Shown here: one piece after another, positions 36,168 to 50,616 of the stretch
Layout of the letters: every line of letters begins with the position of its first letter
Position numbering within the stretch: the stretch's first letter is position 1
Assembly: GCA_012295275.1 (NCBI GenBank)
Contig: CM022667.1
Location: 9,548,001-9,612,000, forward strand
Source: Chrysomallon squamiferum
Lineage: Eukaryota > Animalia > Mollusca
Length of the DNA: 64,000 bases
Direction of reading: 5' to 3'
Position numbers and translations under genes: made by a program
The notes under the pieces: model-generated
Told to the model about the DNA's origin: nothing
Databases searched by the model: none
Seen by the model: the letters and a program-made list of their open reading frames with translations, nothing else

Positions 36168-36930
36168 CAATTTACTGAAATTCCAAAACGTTCGGACAAG
36201 ACAGAGTTTCCTCTGCCGACTTTAAACTCGTAAAACTTTCAAAGCTTAGCCGGTCTTTGAGAGCTTTTACGATGTTATCAAAAGATAGAGTGGGTGGCAT
36301 TTACTCTTAAGTGCGTTCAAAAGAATAATAAACACGATCAGCAACAACAACGCTTTTCGTTTAGAGGAGAAGACACCTCCAGGCAGAGCAGTGTCTACAG
36401 ACTTTAGTGTCTTCGTGTTCATTTTTAACAGATCTCGCGAGAATTCGAGAACTTGCAGGTGTAGGGACTTGACGCAAAGTTTGTGAGGACATGATGCCTT
36501 TGTAACACTCATTGAAACAGAACTTTGCAATGTGTCTTATTTGGTCCTGCAACTGGCCTGTGAAATGTCTTTATAAACACGTCTGTTAATCAGAATATAT
36601 GAATGTACATTGTATACAGTAAGTATACCTTCTTTCTGGACTCTATAAACACGTAGTGTCATCTAAAACAAGATAAGTATTTGATTTCTTTGACTATTCA
36701 TTGTCGTAGCATGCAATATCAAGACCTTAGTTTTAAATTCGCAATATTTGTGCACCAAACAGATACACACAGACTCACACACACACACACACACAAACCA
36801 AACAGACGGACACATATAATCAGAACAAACATGTAAAAAAATCAGAAACGTCGGCTTTTGGAATTATTCCAAAGAACTGAACCAAAGAAGAAGAAAAAAG
36901 ATAACTGTATAAGCATGTTCAGTAAACCAG

Positions 36931-37003
<73 letters not shown>

Positions 37004-37517
37004 TAAAAAAAAAAAAAAAAAAAAAAAAATAATGGGGAAAAAAAAAAAGAAGAAGGAAATGAAGTAAAGAAAAACACAAAATTTCAGCAGGGTCTTCCTA
37101 TTAACAAAAATCGACGTGTTATGGAAACATCAAAAACGAAAAACAGACAGAAACAATGTTTCCTGCCAGATGTATTCTGTAAATGTAAATTCCTCCAGTA
37201 TACCTCAGCACCCGCTAATTGATCATTAACGAAAACCTACAGCGCGGGTTAATCACGTTGTCTGCCCTTGTTTGTTTTGACAAAAAATATAAGTCCATCT
37301 CTGCGATCGTTTATTATAATAATTACTGTAGGCTAATGATAAAATGCTCGCCTGACGTGTGTTCGATTAAATTCGGCGCACTTTGGGGCTGTTTTTAACC
37401 TTCACAGTTGCTCCAAATTTCACTCTATCCAAATACGAATGCAGTTATAATCTTTAATTATTCTTCAATATATTATTAAAAAATATAAATAATAAACAGA
37501 TGTTTCCCTATTTATTG

Positions 37518-37583
<66 letters not shown>

Positions 37584-38106
37584 TAATTTTCATTAATTTA
37601 TTAATTTATTAATTTATTTATTAAATAAAAGTTCTGAATATTTTCAACATTTATCAAATCCATTTATCTACGCATTAATTTTTGTGCACATAAACTCTGC
37701 TGGTTTGACTGTACAATGGAGGAACGGACTCGTCAATCATCGCCAAGTGCAGCAATTCCGCATCCGACACTGCACGTTCCGTGCAAATTTATGATTGGCG
37801 AGGACGGTAGGGGGGAAGAAAAACAAACTGCACAAAACACAAGGTAGGTCAATGCACTGTTACTGTGCTAATTGGATGGAATGGAAAAGATCTGATGTTA
37901 CGGCGGCAGTTGTCTGAATTTGTACGTTATTTTTCCGCAACGTTTAGAAGATTGAAATCTAATTCCGCGATGGGGACTGTAGGTTTCTTGGATCGAATCT
38001 GTTTAACCAATAAAATGTTGGTTTCGTTTTTTTTTTTTTTTTTTTTGTGTGTTTGTTGTTTGGTTTTTTTTTTTTTTTTTTTGTGTTTTTGTTACCTTTC
38101 TTATGT

Positions 38107-38137
<31 letters not shown>

Positions 38138-38194
38138 TCTGTCTTTTTTTTTTTTTTTTTTTTTTAGATCAAATCAAATCAATGAAAAAGCGTC

Positions 38195-38248
<54 letters not shown>

Positions 38249-38536
38249 GAGTGTTGTCGTTGTGCTGTTGTTACGATAATTTTTAGATTTCCTATTTTGT
38301 ATAATTTTTCTGACTCTCTTTTCTATACTTTTTTTATTCATTCATTCATTCATTCATTCATTTATTTTGTTTGTTTATTATTATACAAGTTAAATAAATG
38401 ATGATAAGAAGAAGAAGAAATAAAAGAAAACCTATTTCTTACAGGTTTTAATTATTCCGTTTGCTTACAGACAGCACACCTATCGTCATGTTGTTTGAAA
38501 AGGGAGAGAACACATCCGGAAATGCCAATTATTCGG

Positions 38537-38570
<34 letters not shown>

Positions 38571-39901
38571 CCCTTCCTGAAACTTTCAAATTAAAAACAT
38601 CTGACTCCACAAACTGATACAGATCAGCTCTGGTGGCGCGGCTCTAATAAATTTCATATTCAACTCAGCCACGTGTTTCTGTGATAACTAAACAACGACG
38701 TCAAATGGAATTATTCTTTTGATACGTTTGATTGACAGCTGTCAAAACTATCCCGGCAGGAGGCGAATTAACGAAATATGGTTGTATTTATATTAAGATC
38801 AATTTTTTTTATTATTATTATTATTTTTTTTTTTTTTTTTTTTTTTCTTTCAAAAAATAGCAACATTAGATTTGATTCAAGACCGATGTTAATAAAACAG
38901 CAGGCGTTTGTTTGCTGATTGAATTTAATGCGCCATAAATATTTTCGGTGAAGTAAATTCCACAATAAAATTTCCGAGCACTGGAAAATTAATCGTTTAA
39001 CAAGTATCAAATAACGGTTTAACTTGCAAATTTGAATGACTGCTGCAACCGAAGTGGTATACTTAATAAGGTAATACATGAAATGAGTAAACCTGTAAAA
39101 TTAATATTATTAAAAGAAAAAAAAAATTAAGTTTAAGGAAGAAGTAAATTCCTCACTTTTCCATTGAGCAGTACTGCAGGTATTATTATTATTTTTCTTT
39201 AATTTTTTTTTTTTTTTGTTGTTATTTTTTTTTTTATTTATTTTTTCCCCGAAAATATAAAAATAATATTGCTGAGAATAATAATTTAGTGCCAAAATTT
39301 TACTTCTATTCAGTTAAAAATTATACGAGTAAAGCTTTTCCAAATAGTGAACATTTTAATTTCTTTAACGAATTTTAGACACACTGTAACTGTGTCAGAT
39401 AATTAAACATTCCTAACTGTGAAAATCATGCTTTACTTTAATTAATATTATGTCACCGTTGCTGATGTCCCAGTCGTCGTGATCGTTAGTTTTAATTTCG
39501 ATATTAAACTATTTGTTGCCGTTCACAGTGTCTTTTTTAATATCAGTCACCTTCGAGGTGCATCGTCATCATCATCATTGTCATCACCATTATTAGTACC
39601 ATGAACGTAACAATTACATTTACTAACTTCATTTTATTCTTTCAGAATAAATAAATAAATCTCTAGAACAATTATTCTTCTTTCTCAAATTTAGTAAAAG
39701 AGAAAATAGAGGATATGATGGCAACGTGTGTGTGCAAAGTTGTGAACATAAAATGTATAAAAGTTTTGATAAACCAGAATATGAAGAAGAAATTTCCTAA
39801 GAAGACCTCCAAACAACACCAGCAAAAAGTCAAACGGTCCTGTACGAATTTTAAAAAACAACATATTCAAACAGTGATTAGTAGCATCAACTACAACCAC
39901 A

Positions 39902-39944
<43 letters not shown>

Positions 39945-41360
39945 ACAAACAAATGACGTAATCACTGAAAATAGTAACATTATTGTGGTTAGAAAATGAA
40001 CAACAAAAATAAATAAAAACCAAAACATTTATCGACAGCGTCAAAGTCATCATTATCATTAATCACAAAATAAAACTATGGATACATTATCGACATCAGC
40101 CACAACAGCATTAAAATCAGTAAACTCAGAACAGACAGCCTACACCATCAGAAACAAATACAAAATATCTAGAATAAACGATTAACAACGACATCACTTC
40201 AATCATCAAAAACTACAACAGAATGATGTAAAATAACACAACTTTAAAAACTTGTGTTTTCTGAAGAATCAGTAACATCTTGTAACGTGTATCCAACGTC
40301 ATATTCATCAACATCTCAAAAAACCCACAAAGTAACCAAAAATAAACATAGCAACAGCAACAGCTTCAAAAAAAATAAATAACTGCAACAAAAAGACAGA
40401 GAAAAAAAGACCACAATATTAAATTCACTGTTAAATTTAATTTCAATTCTGGCAATTTATTTCGCAAACAATTTATCCAGAATTTCTAAAACAACTTTTT
40501 CCCCCTCACAAATTTGCTGTACTGTACTAGTTAGTCATCATGGTACTGCGATTTCCACCAGAAATAACCGCAATATCAAGTTTCAAACGCAGAAAAGGGA
40601 AAACAACATCAGCCAAGTGAAAACGAAGCAAGACTGAGAAACTACGCTTTCCAAATCAGAACTCAGGTCATTTTCTAGCCCATTTTTTTTGTTTCACCTG
40701 TGACGTCTGAGACAGACTGTTTCGAGAGACAGGACAATGGAAAGTGAGAAGGAAAACTTACCTTAACGACGGCATCGCGCGCTCAACACAAGACCAGACG
40801 ACGAAATTTCCCGTTATACCTGATAAAACCTTTTTTTAACTCTCTCCTCTGCCTATCGAAAGTGCGTCAAAAGAAATGCAGCCTCGCTTTCGCTCGGCAG
40901 AGATACCGAAATAAAGACCCAATGAATCATGGCAGAAGAAACTTGCGAAAACAAAAACCTTTATGATTAACATGAAGAAGCATTCAACAAAACCTCTTCC
41001 AAAAAAAAAAAAAAAAAAAAAAATCAACAAATACACCACAAAAATAAATACCACTGGAAAGACTTTGCTTATTTGTTCTGCTCATTTCTGCTGCATATAC
41101 CGGTAATTCGGAACATTTGAAAATAATAACAAGTGGTTGAAAGATAAAGCAGAACACTTTTCTCCCCCCTCTCCCCACTCTCTCCTCCCGCTATAATACG
41201 GATGGTTCGCGATGGTTGTTGGTATATAATTACCTACGTGTTTGTTTTAGATGTATTTTCGGGTTTTATGAGAAAATAAATAAACAGATGTTATTTGAAT
41301 TTTTGTTCACCGAGTTCTGATTACTCTTTTTATTATATTTAGTTAGGCAGTAGCAATAAC

Positions 41361-41409
<49 letters not shown>

Positions 41410-41415
41410 ATAGTA

Positions 41416-41452
<37 letters not shown>

Positions 41453-41592
41453 GAAGAAGAAGAAGAATAAAAAGAAGAAAAAGAGGAAGAGGAAGAAGAA
41501 GAAGAAAATATTCTTGATGATGATGAAGATGATAATAACAATGAAGAAGAAAAAGAAGAAGAAAATGAAGAAAAAAGAAAAAGAAAAAGGAA

Positions 41593-41624
<32 letters not shown>

Positions 41625-41630
41625 AGAATC
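41361..41630. repeat. (TAG)n-(TAA)n-(GAA)n-(GAAA)n compound microsatellite
   Basis: Direct reading. Confidence 0.9.
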
Positions 41631-41922
41631 AAAGACTCAAATAAAAGAAAAAAACTGAAGCACTATTAAAGATATCACTAGCACTCTGAACTGAAGCAAT
41701 TAAGGATAAAGATATCTAAAACTGATTAAATTAAAATAATTCTTCAAGCTCCATTATGAACGCAAAATTAAACTTTTCCCGAGTTCTGCCAAGAATGCAT
41801 TACAAGAACGAGTACGTTTTTTTGGGTTGTTTGTTGCTTTTTGCAAATCCTGATACTTTTAGAATCCCGGTTAAAAGACATTTATTTATTAGTTTGTTTA
41901 TTTATTTATTTTATTCATTCAT

Positions 41923-41963
<41 letters not shown>

Positions 41964-41987
41964 ATTTATTATTATTATTATTATTAT

Positions 41988-42021
<34 letters not shown>

Positions 42022-42214
42022 TGTTGTTGTTGTTGTAGTAGTAGAGTAGTAGTAGAAATAGTAGTAGTAATCTTTTCTCTAATGTACATATCTTAAAACA
42101 GCATGGTTTTTTTTTTTCTTTTTATTTGAAAAACCTTTTCTCTATACTGAACATACACTTCAAATGGATACTGTTGAACTAGTGTTGAACTAACATTAAC
42201 TGTAAAGTTAAACT

Positions 42215-42590
42215 ATATTCATACTCAGCGTACGGGGTTTGACCCAGAGTCCTCAACATCTAAATTCAATAATATTCTACTGACTGAAACCAAACGAAAA
42301 TTCAGCTAAGCTGCTGTCCCTAGGAGACACTGGTGACAAAAACTGTTTTATACTTGAAAAGAAGCAACGTCCGGGAATCGAACCATGATTCCCAGCGTAA
42401 GCATCCATTCCTTTACCGGCAGAAGTAAAAGAAAAACTGTATAAACAAGAAGATGGTTTTTATTTTTTTATTTTTATTTTTTAATAACAAAATTTATGTC
42501 AAGCCAGATTTGAATCATGTTACTAAGTTTGATATTTCAGCGTTCTTCTAGAAGGAATCGTTAACAATATTTCAAACAGATCAACATACT
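42215..42590 (-). mobile_element. Three degenerate tRNA/SINE-like B-box units about 135 bp apart
   Basis: GGGTTTGACCC (~42235), GGGAATCGAACC (~42373; minus strand GGTTCGATTCC, perfect B box) and AGATTTGAATC (~42507). Confidence 0.4.
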
Positions 42591-42996
42591 GTTATTTTTA
42601 GGTGAAAACAAGCCTTATAGCAGAGTCACGGGACTTGAGAAGACACCCATAGGCCTCTGATGTCACAGCTCCATATTCAGATACAAGAGCTATTGGTCTT
42701 GATTTATAAGCTATTGGCCTTGGCAAGAACGCAGAATGACTCAGAGATGAGTTTTTTACTGTGGTTATCACCATCATATACATCACTGTAAACATTATTA
42801 CTACTGTTGCTGCTGTTGTTGTTATTGTTGTTGTCGTCTTCGTTATTATTATTATTATTATTATTATTGTTGTTGTTGTTGTTGTTGTTATTATTATTAT
42901 ATTATTATTGTTGTTGTTGTTGTCGTTGTTGTTGTGACTATTATTGTTATTGTTGTTGTTGTTGTCACTATTATTATTGTTTTGTTGTTATTGTTG

Positions 42997-43039
<43 letters not shown>

Positions 43040-43455
43040 CCTGAATATTGCTACATTACATCATCATCATCATCTCTCTTTAACAAAAGAGATTCTCCTT
43101 CTTCTTAAAATGATCATCCTAGATATTTATAGATCAGTATTACGTGCAAGAAGAGCGAACTCGTATCTCTTGTGTTTTCAAGTGTTCAGCAGACGTCACT
43201 GAAAAGGTCAGGTCAACCTGCATCATGACAAGAAGCAGACGTCAGATGTCATAACTCATTCACGTCTGGTAGTCGTCGTTATCGTCATCACTGATGCAGT
43301 TCTCTCTGACTTTACCACTGTTACTATCGTCGTTTTATTATAATTATTATTAGTATCATCAGTTTAATTATTGTTATACTCCCCGCCGTTATGTCATTTT
43401 TTCATCATCTTTTATTATCATTTTACCTTTATATTTATCATCATCATCATCATCA

Positions 43456-43490
<35 letters not shown>

Positions 43491-44049
43491 CACCGTTATG
43501 TTCACTGTTATTATAATCATATAATCATCAGTTTCATCATTTTCAATATAACTATCAGTTTTCAGTAACATTATAGTTATTTTGATCATCATTACTCTCA
43601 GAACATCATCATCGACATCATCGTCATCACGGTTTTCATTCTCATTAGAAGAACGGTCATCATCATCATCAACATCATCATCAATAGCAACATAATAACA
43701 CCATTCTCAAGTCACATGAAATCTTATATTCTTTAAGACGTAACCGCTACATAAGATACCTGTGGAAATTATCACTGCCATGAAAGCCGTACTTGAACAG
43801 TTTATATGGATATGGTCCAAATTAATCATAAGGAAACAGAATCATCAGTGTTTCGCTACATGACAGTTTTAATATCGACAAACATCAAAGAAGATTTATT
43901 CTGGAGAGCAACGACTTCCACTATGACAGCAAAAGCCACAACTACAATCTCAACAGCACCAATCACTGCGGTAAAACTAAAAACAAATATTTAAATGTGT
44001 AGCCATAAGAAAAAAGAAATGCTGTGATCTTTCTGAATATATTAACACG

Positions 44050-44112
<63 letters not shown>

Positions 44113-44570
44113 CTGCTTCTTCTCTTTTTTTTTTTTTTTTTTTTTTTAATTTCAGCCTATCTAAATTACACATTTTTCTTAATCGCTATAACATTAAAGC
44201 TTCTTTTTAATTCACTCGAAATTAGAAAATATTCAAAAGAATATCTTCCTTTGATGTTATGCCATTTATCTACAACATATGGTTTTCTTTCTTTCTTTCT
44301 TTCTTTTTCTTTCTTTTTTTTTTTTTTTTTTCTTTCTGTATTTTTATTTTTATTTTTTTCCTTCCCCAAGGTAGTGCCGCCAGCGTAACATCGTTGTAGG
44401 CGAAAAACAAAAGATTTCTGATGGAAATGTTGTTTTTGACCTTTGTTACTCAGATGAGAATTTACACCAGTTATATCATACATAACGAAAGTGAGGTTAT
44501 ATATTAAAATGTTTAATGATTGCCTAAATCGATCGATTTATTTCACGTTCCAGCTAAGGCACCATAACTG

Positions 44571-44624
<54 letters not shown>

Positions 44625-45238
44625 CAGATATATAAATGTGTTTGTGTACGTACATTCGTGCATGTCTGTGTTTGTATAAGTGAGCATTTTACAAGAGAGT
44701 ATGTATATATGTATGTATATGTATATTCATTAGTCTACAGTGCATTCTGAAAACAGATTGTACCTATTCAGAAACTTAGACGTTTATTTTTTACCATTAC
44801 ATAAACTATAGATCTGTTTCGCAGCCGCAGAATTCAGCGTCAACATTTTATGTTTTGAAACCCGACACTTTCTGCTCCTCCGTTTTACCTAAGCTACTTG
44901 ATTTCTGCCAGGCACGTGCGCTGATGTGTGCTCGTGCACGCCCTGCATAAAAAAAAGATTCTTGTATATTGACAAGGCAGGTGTTCAAACATACAGAGTA
45001 CTAAACAAAACTTGACAAGTCAAGATGGACGATTGTTATCTCATTATTTCTCGTTAGAAGAACGAGTAGAAAAAAAATCGGTGAAACAGAATTTGTCTAC
45101 CCAGGGAAATAAGGTCCGGTATCGTTGATGTATGGGTGACTGGGGCAGGATTTGGTGGTTTGTTTTCTAAATATTTTAACTTACTGTTAAAAACAGTTTT
45201 GTTTACTGTTAGGATAAAAGATAAACGCTGACAGACAG

Positions 45239-45338
<100 letters not shown>

Positions 45339-46649
45339 TAAGTTACAAACATGTTTAATAATGAAATAAACAGATGACGAAAAAAAATGATAATGATGAT
45401 GATTATGGCAATGATAAAGATGATCATCATAAATAAATAAATAATACACAAACGAAAAATAATAATAATAGAAATTACAAATCCAAGAACAACAAATAAC
45501 CAACCAAAAAAAAAAAAAAAAAAGTAAAAGAAAAAAAAGCACAGTAAAAAACAACAACAAAACAACAAAAAAAAAAAAAACAATCAAAACAAGCGGAAAC
45601 AAATGATTTCGTTTTTCTTGTAACAGGATCCCCGAAAAAAGTAAATAAATTATCTTTAGAAAGTGAGATAAGATAACAAGAACTTCGTGTTAACATTTTC
45701 AAGGGAAACTGACAGGCGACGTCTTTTTTATTTCAGCATCATTGCAACAGCACGCCTGCTGTTTTCTAATAACGTTTTCGTTATCATCAACATCATCATC
45801 AACAACATCATCATCATAAATTCATTCTTGTTATCTTGCTGTGTTGACGTGACCGTGATTTTTGTCGTTCTTTCACTTTCTCTTTTTTCTTCTTCTTCTT
45901 TTTCTTCTTCTTCTTCTTCTTCTTATCATCAACCTTTTTATATTCCTCATCGTCATCATCATTGTGTCCTTCGACATCATCACCGTCGCCATATTTAGCT
46001 ATCTCAGTCCTTACAATGTAGTCTTTGTTTCTTCTATAATTATTCTCTCAAATCGGTTAATTACTAATGATATTTTTTGTTATCATCATCATCATCATCA
46101 TCACATCATCATCATTACAACCATCATCATCGTCATCGTCGTCGTCGTTTTCTTTATCCACCAGAACTCCTGCAGTGTATTTTTTCTTTCTTTTCTACAA
46201 AATTTCCTCTATTAAACAAAACACCTTCTGATTACAAATCCGTCATCATCATCATTATCATCATCATCATCGTCATCATCATCATCATTTACACGTTCAG
46301 CCGCCCACCCCTTTGAGGTTAAGTTACCTAAAATAGCCTCTGTGAGTCATTCATTATATGAAAACCAGATGAAGACGTGGCCCACGCAGAACTCAGAGGT
46401 AACGTGTTTTCTTGACTCACGCAGCAAGAGAGCCGAGACGCAACAGAACGCGAGTGAGATTTCATTACTGGCCTCAGAGAATACTGTAATGTCAGGTGCT
46501 GTTCAACAGTGCTGCTGATGATGATGATAATGATGATGGATGATGATGATGGATGATGTTGTTGATCTTGGTATTATTTATTTATTTAGTTAGTTTATGT
46601 ATAATATATGTATGTATATATATATATGTGTGTGTGTGTGTATAAAAAA

Positions 46650-46712
<63 letters not shown>

Positions 46713-47161
46713 CATATGTGTGTGTTGTTTTTCTTTCATTTGTTAATATATGTTCCATTTATTTATTTATTTTATTTTATTATAGATTGATTGATTTATT
46801 CATTCTTTTACTTATTTACTTACTTACTTTGTATTTATTATTATTTTGCTCAAACTGGCTACTTTTTTTTATAAAGTTGGAGTAAAATATTTATGTGATT
46901 ATTATCGACGGCACGAGTTGAATCACAAACAGTTTAGTATACTTCAGTATTAATCTTTGATCCTTTAATGTAATGTTTTTATTTTTATTTTATTTTATTT
47001 TTATTTATTTTATTTTTGTCGTTTGTTTTTCCCTTTCCCCCCCCCTTAATTCGTAAACAAAAAAGAAAGTACAGTATTATTATTGTTATTATTCTTGTTG
47101 TTGTTGTTGTTTCTCACAGATCTTCAGTAAACATTTTCAGTGTTCTTTTTAATATCGCTAA

Positions 47162-47322
47162 CGATGGACGGACAGATTGATGGAGTGAAGGATGGATGGA
47201 TAGATGGACAGAGTGAAGGATGGAGGAATGGTGAATGGATAGAAGGATGGACGGATGGATAATGAATGGATGGATAGATGAAATGAAAGTCGGATGAATG
47301 GATGGATCGATGGATGGATAGA
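47162..47322. repeat. Degenerate (GATG)n repeat
   Basis: Direct reading. Confidence 0.85.
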
Positions 47323-47429
47323 TGCACGGGTCGAAAGATACACTGATAACTAGAGATGAAACTCGCTACCATCATTTAGTTTCCCAGAGACATGAAAACA
47401 TATTTGACTGTATTTAACAAATTTTCACG

Positions 47430-47531
47430 GGTCACCTGTTTGAACGGGAAATAGCCCAATAAGGTGCCTCTAACAGGACCGAATCTTCGACACCACAAAC
47501 CTAAAACCATCTACTCTACCCGATGAGCTAT
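47430..47531 (-). mobile_element. Degenerate tRNA-derived SINE head
   Basis: Minus strand TAGCTCATCGGGTAGAG (A-box-like) ... GATTCGGTCC (B-box-like), followed by TTGGGCTATTTCCCGTTC. Confidence 0.4.
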
Positions 47532-47844
47532 GATTTTTATTGTTAATAATTTGTTGGCATAACATGTGTTGACGATCTGAACAACAACGCCTACAGCTGC
47601 TAGCCAGCATTCTTATCCAATGAGAGGTAATTTTTAATGTTATATTCTACCATCCGTATTCGACCTTCACCTTCATCTGTCCAACAGATTGGCGTTATCT
47701 GTGATGTTTTCAAAAAAAGAAGTTTATTTTGGTCTTTCCTGGCGAGAAACGTCTTGTTCTGTCATCGTCAGCAGCTCCGGGGTTTACGTCTGAAAAGGGA
47801 ACGTGAGTTTTCGACGCTACAATCTCCATTCACTAACAGAGATA

Positions 47845-47872
47845 TGACGTCACGACCGTTATGACCAATCAG
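47845..47872. promoter_or_regulatory. CRE palindrome (TGACGTCA) next to a CCAAT box (CCAATCAG)
   Basis: Both motifs lie 20 bp apart in a CpG-rich non-repetitive island (about 47690-48070). Confidence 0.3.
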
Positions 47873-48221
47873 CGACCTTCTCTTGTTGACTCCTGATAAA
47901 AATGTGTCTTCCAGAATTAATGATATCTTTAATTTCGGTGCCAAGATTTGGGATTCTGTCGTTGAAGTGATCGCAATCGCGGTGCTCTTGCCAGGGACGG
48001 ATTTACGACAGCAGAATCTCAATGGGTTGTCGCGAGAGGCGGGAATCGAAACGACGGTGAGATGAGTGCGGAGGAATATTTTATTAGTTTAGAAAGTTTT
48101 ATGAGTCGTGATGGAATCAGTGTAGCAGAACTATCATTCAGACGTCATATGTTTATAGCGTGTTTTCATTTTTGTTACGAGTGTAACATTGTATGTTCAT
48201 TTAGGCTCTGTTACTTTTTAT

Positions 48222-48223
<2 letters not shown>

Positions 48224-48277
<54 letters not shown>

Positions 48278-48379
48278 CTTTCTTTTATCTATCTGTGTGT
48301 TTGTATGTAAATGTTATGTGTTTCTCTCTCTGTTCTCTCTCTCTCTCTCTCTTAACTTTCTTTTATCTATCTGTGTGTT

Positions 48380-48466
<87 letters not shown>
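48224..48466. repeat. (CT)n tracts with an internal duplicated spacer (CTTAACTTTCTTTTATCTATCTGTGTGTTTGT x2)
   Basis: Direct reading. Confidence 0.9.
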
Positions 48467-48469
<3 letters not shown>

Positions 48470-48636
48470 TGGGTGGATGTGTGTTTGACAACATTAGGTA
48501 ATTTTAGAAGACAGAATGTAATTATATAACAACTCCGCGGTTATCAGTTTGTACTAGCTAGACGATGTGACCGCAGAAAAGTAAACACTGGGGACTGACG
48601 TCATAATACATTGAAATAATAATAATAATAATAAGA

Positions 48637-48699
<63 letters not shown>

Positions 48700-48935
48700 G
48701 ATATGATGACATATCTTGGTTTAATTTGTTTTATTAAAATATTATTAAAAGAGAGAAAATACGCAGAAGGTGTCGCTGGATCTTAAAGTAATTAGTGAAC
48801 TCATCCTAAGCCGCTGTACGACTCCAATGTGAATGAGTGTATCCTGCCTCGGACGCCAAATAGTCCCAGGTGGTTTGTTTTGTCATAAAGTGTTTTAAAA
48901 AACAAGTTTTTGCGTTGCGTTACATACATTAAGTA

Positions 48936-48990
<55 letters not shown>

Positions 48991-49095
48991 TGTGTGTGTG
49001 TATCTGATAACGCAGTTAACTCAAAATAGAAAATGACTAGTAATAAAGAACATAACGTTCGTGTCTACTTGTCTTGACTGTCGTCTGTTTAGTTC

Positions 49096-49180
<85 letters not shown>

Positions 49181-49466
49181 TACAGACAGAGAGAGAGAGT
49201 CACATACACAAATAGAAAGAGTAAAAGATAAAAATAAGCATATTAAATATATACGTATTAAATTGTGAAAAAACAAACAAAACGACAACAAAATCGTCAA
49301 TACTCTTTTTTTTTCTTTTTTTCAGATTCAAAGCAAACCTGAACAAACGAACTGAAAAGTGCTGCGTAATAAATGGTGGAAGATAAGGAAATTCGTGTAA
49401 AATCGAGATTTTAAAGAGAGTGCGAAAGATTAGCCAGATAGAAAACGAATGTAAAATGAGACTTAC

Positions 49467-49520
49467 CTTTCCATACGTTTTACCACTGCTCATACTCCCG
49501 TAACCCCGGTCGTATGAAGG
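49467..49520 (-). CDS. FHOD3: 54-nt upstream exon (PSYDRGYGSMSSGKTYGK) of the long isoform
   Basis: TTTTGTATTTCAG acceptor, AAG|GTAAGT donor, phase 0-0. Shares YDxG...GKTYG with the start of the giant exon. Confidence 0.7.
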
Positions 49521-49841
49521 CTGAAATACAAAATAAAAACATAAATAAAATATTAATAATAATAATAAAATATTAATAATAATAATAATAATATATAATA
49601 AAATAAAATATTTAAAAAAAAAGAAAAAAGTACAGAACAAGGTCTAGGTTGGATATAACAAAAATAGAAATTTTTTGAACATTTTAATTTATTTCTTTGT
49701 TTATGGACAACAAAAGAAAAGTTTGTTAGGACAAGATGTTCGGAATTTCGTTATATAAATTAAAAATAAATAAATAAATAAATTTGAAAATAATAAAATA
49801 AAACAAGAAACAGAAATATAAATATTATTCTGGTTTAATAG

Positions 49842-49963
<122 letters not shown>

Positions 49964-50566
49964 GCAAAATAAAACAGTGACAGAAACCGAAGAGAGATAC
50001 AGAGAAAGAAATAGATATTTAAAAAAAAAAAAAAACAGAAGTGTGATATATACAAAGAGAGAGAGACTGAAAAATAGAAAGAAAAAACATTTTTAAAAAG
50101 AAGAGAAAACGAAAATAAGAGTAAAATAATAACACATACATTTGACCGATCTGTACTAAAAGATTTCTACTCTACAGCAAACAGGACGTACAACATGCGG
50201 AACAAAAATGATGAACAGAGAACAGGTGAAACGTGCAGATAAATAAACAGTCTGTGAGTGACCGCAAGCCTGTTCCGATGAAATAAAACAAATACTTGAA
50301 ACAAATCGAGAAGAGTTATCTGTTCCTGGAACTCTTTTGTTCTTTGAGATAAAGTTGGACATTAAAAATGGCTGCCGCGGAACGTGTTACGTTAGACTTT
50401 TTTTTTTCTTTTTTTAAATAATAGTAAAAGAAAGCAAGAATGTTTAGTACTTTGAAACTAATAAACAGGAAAACAATGTTAATTAATTATCGGCCATAAC
50501 GATTAAATGTATGATAATAATAATAATAACAATAATAATAATAACAATAAAAGCGAGTATGTTAAA

Positions 50567-50616
<50 letters not shown>

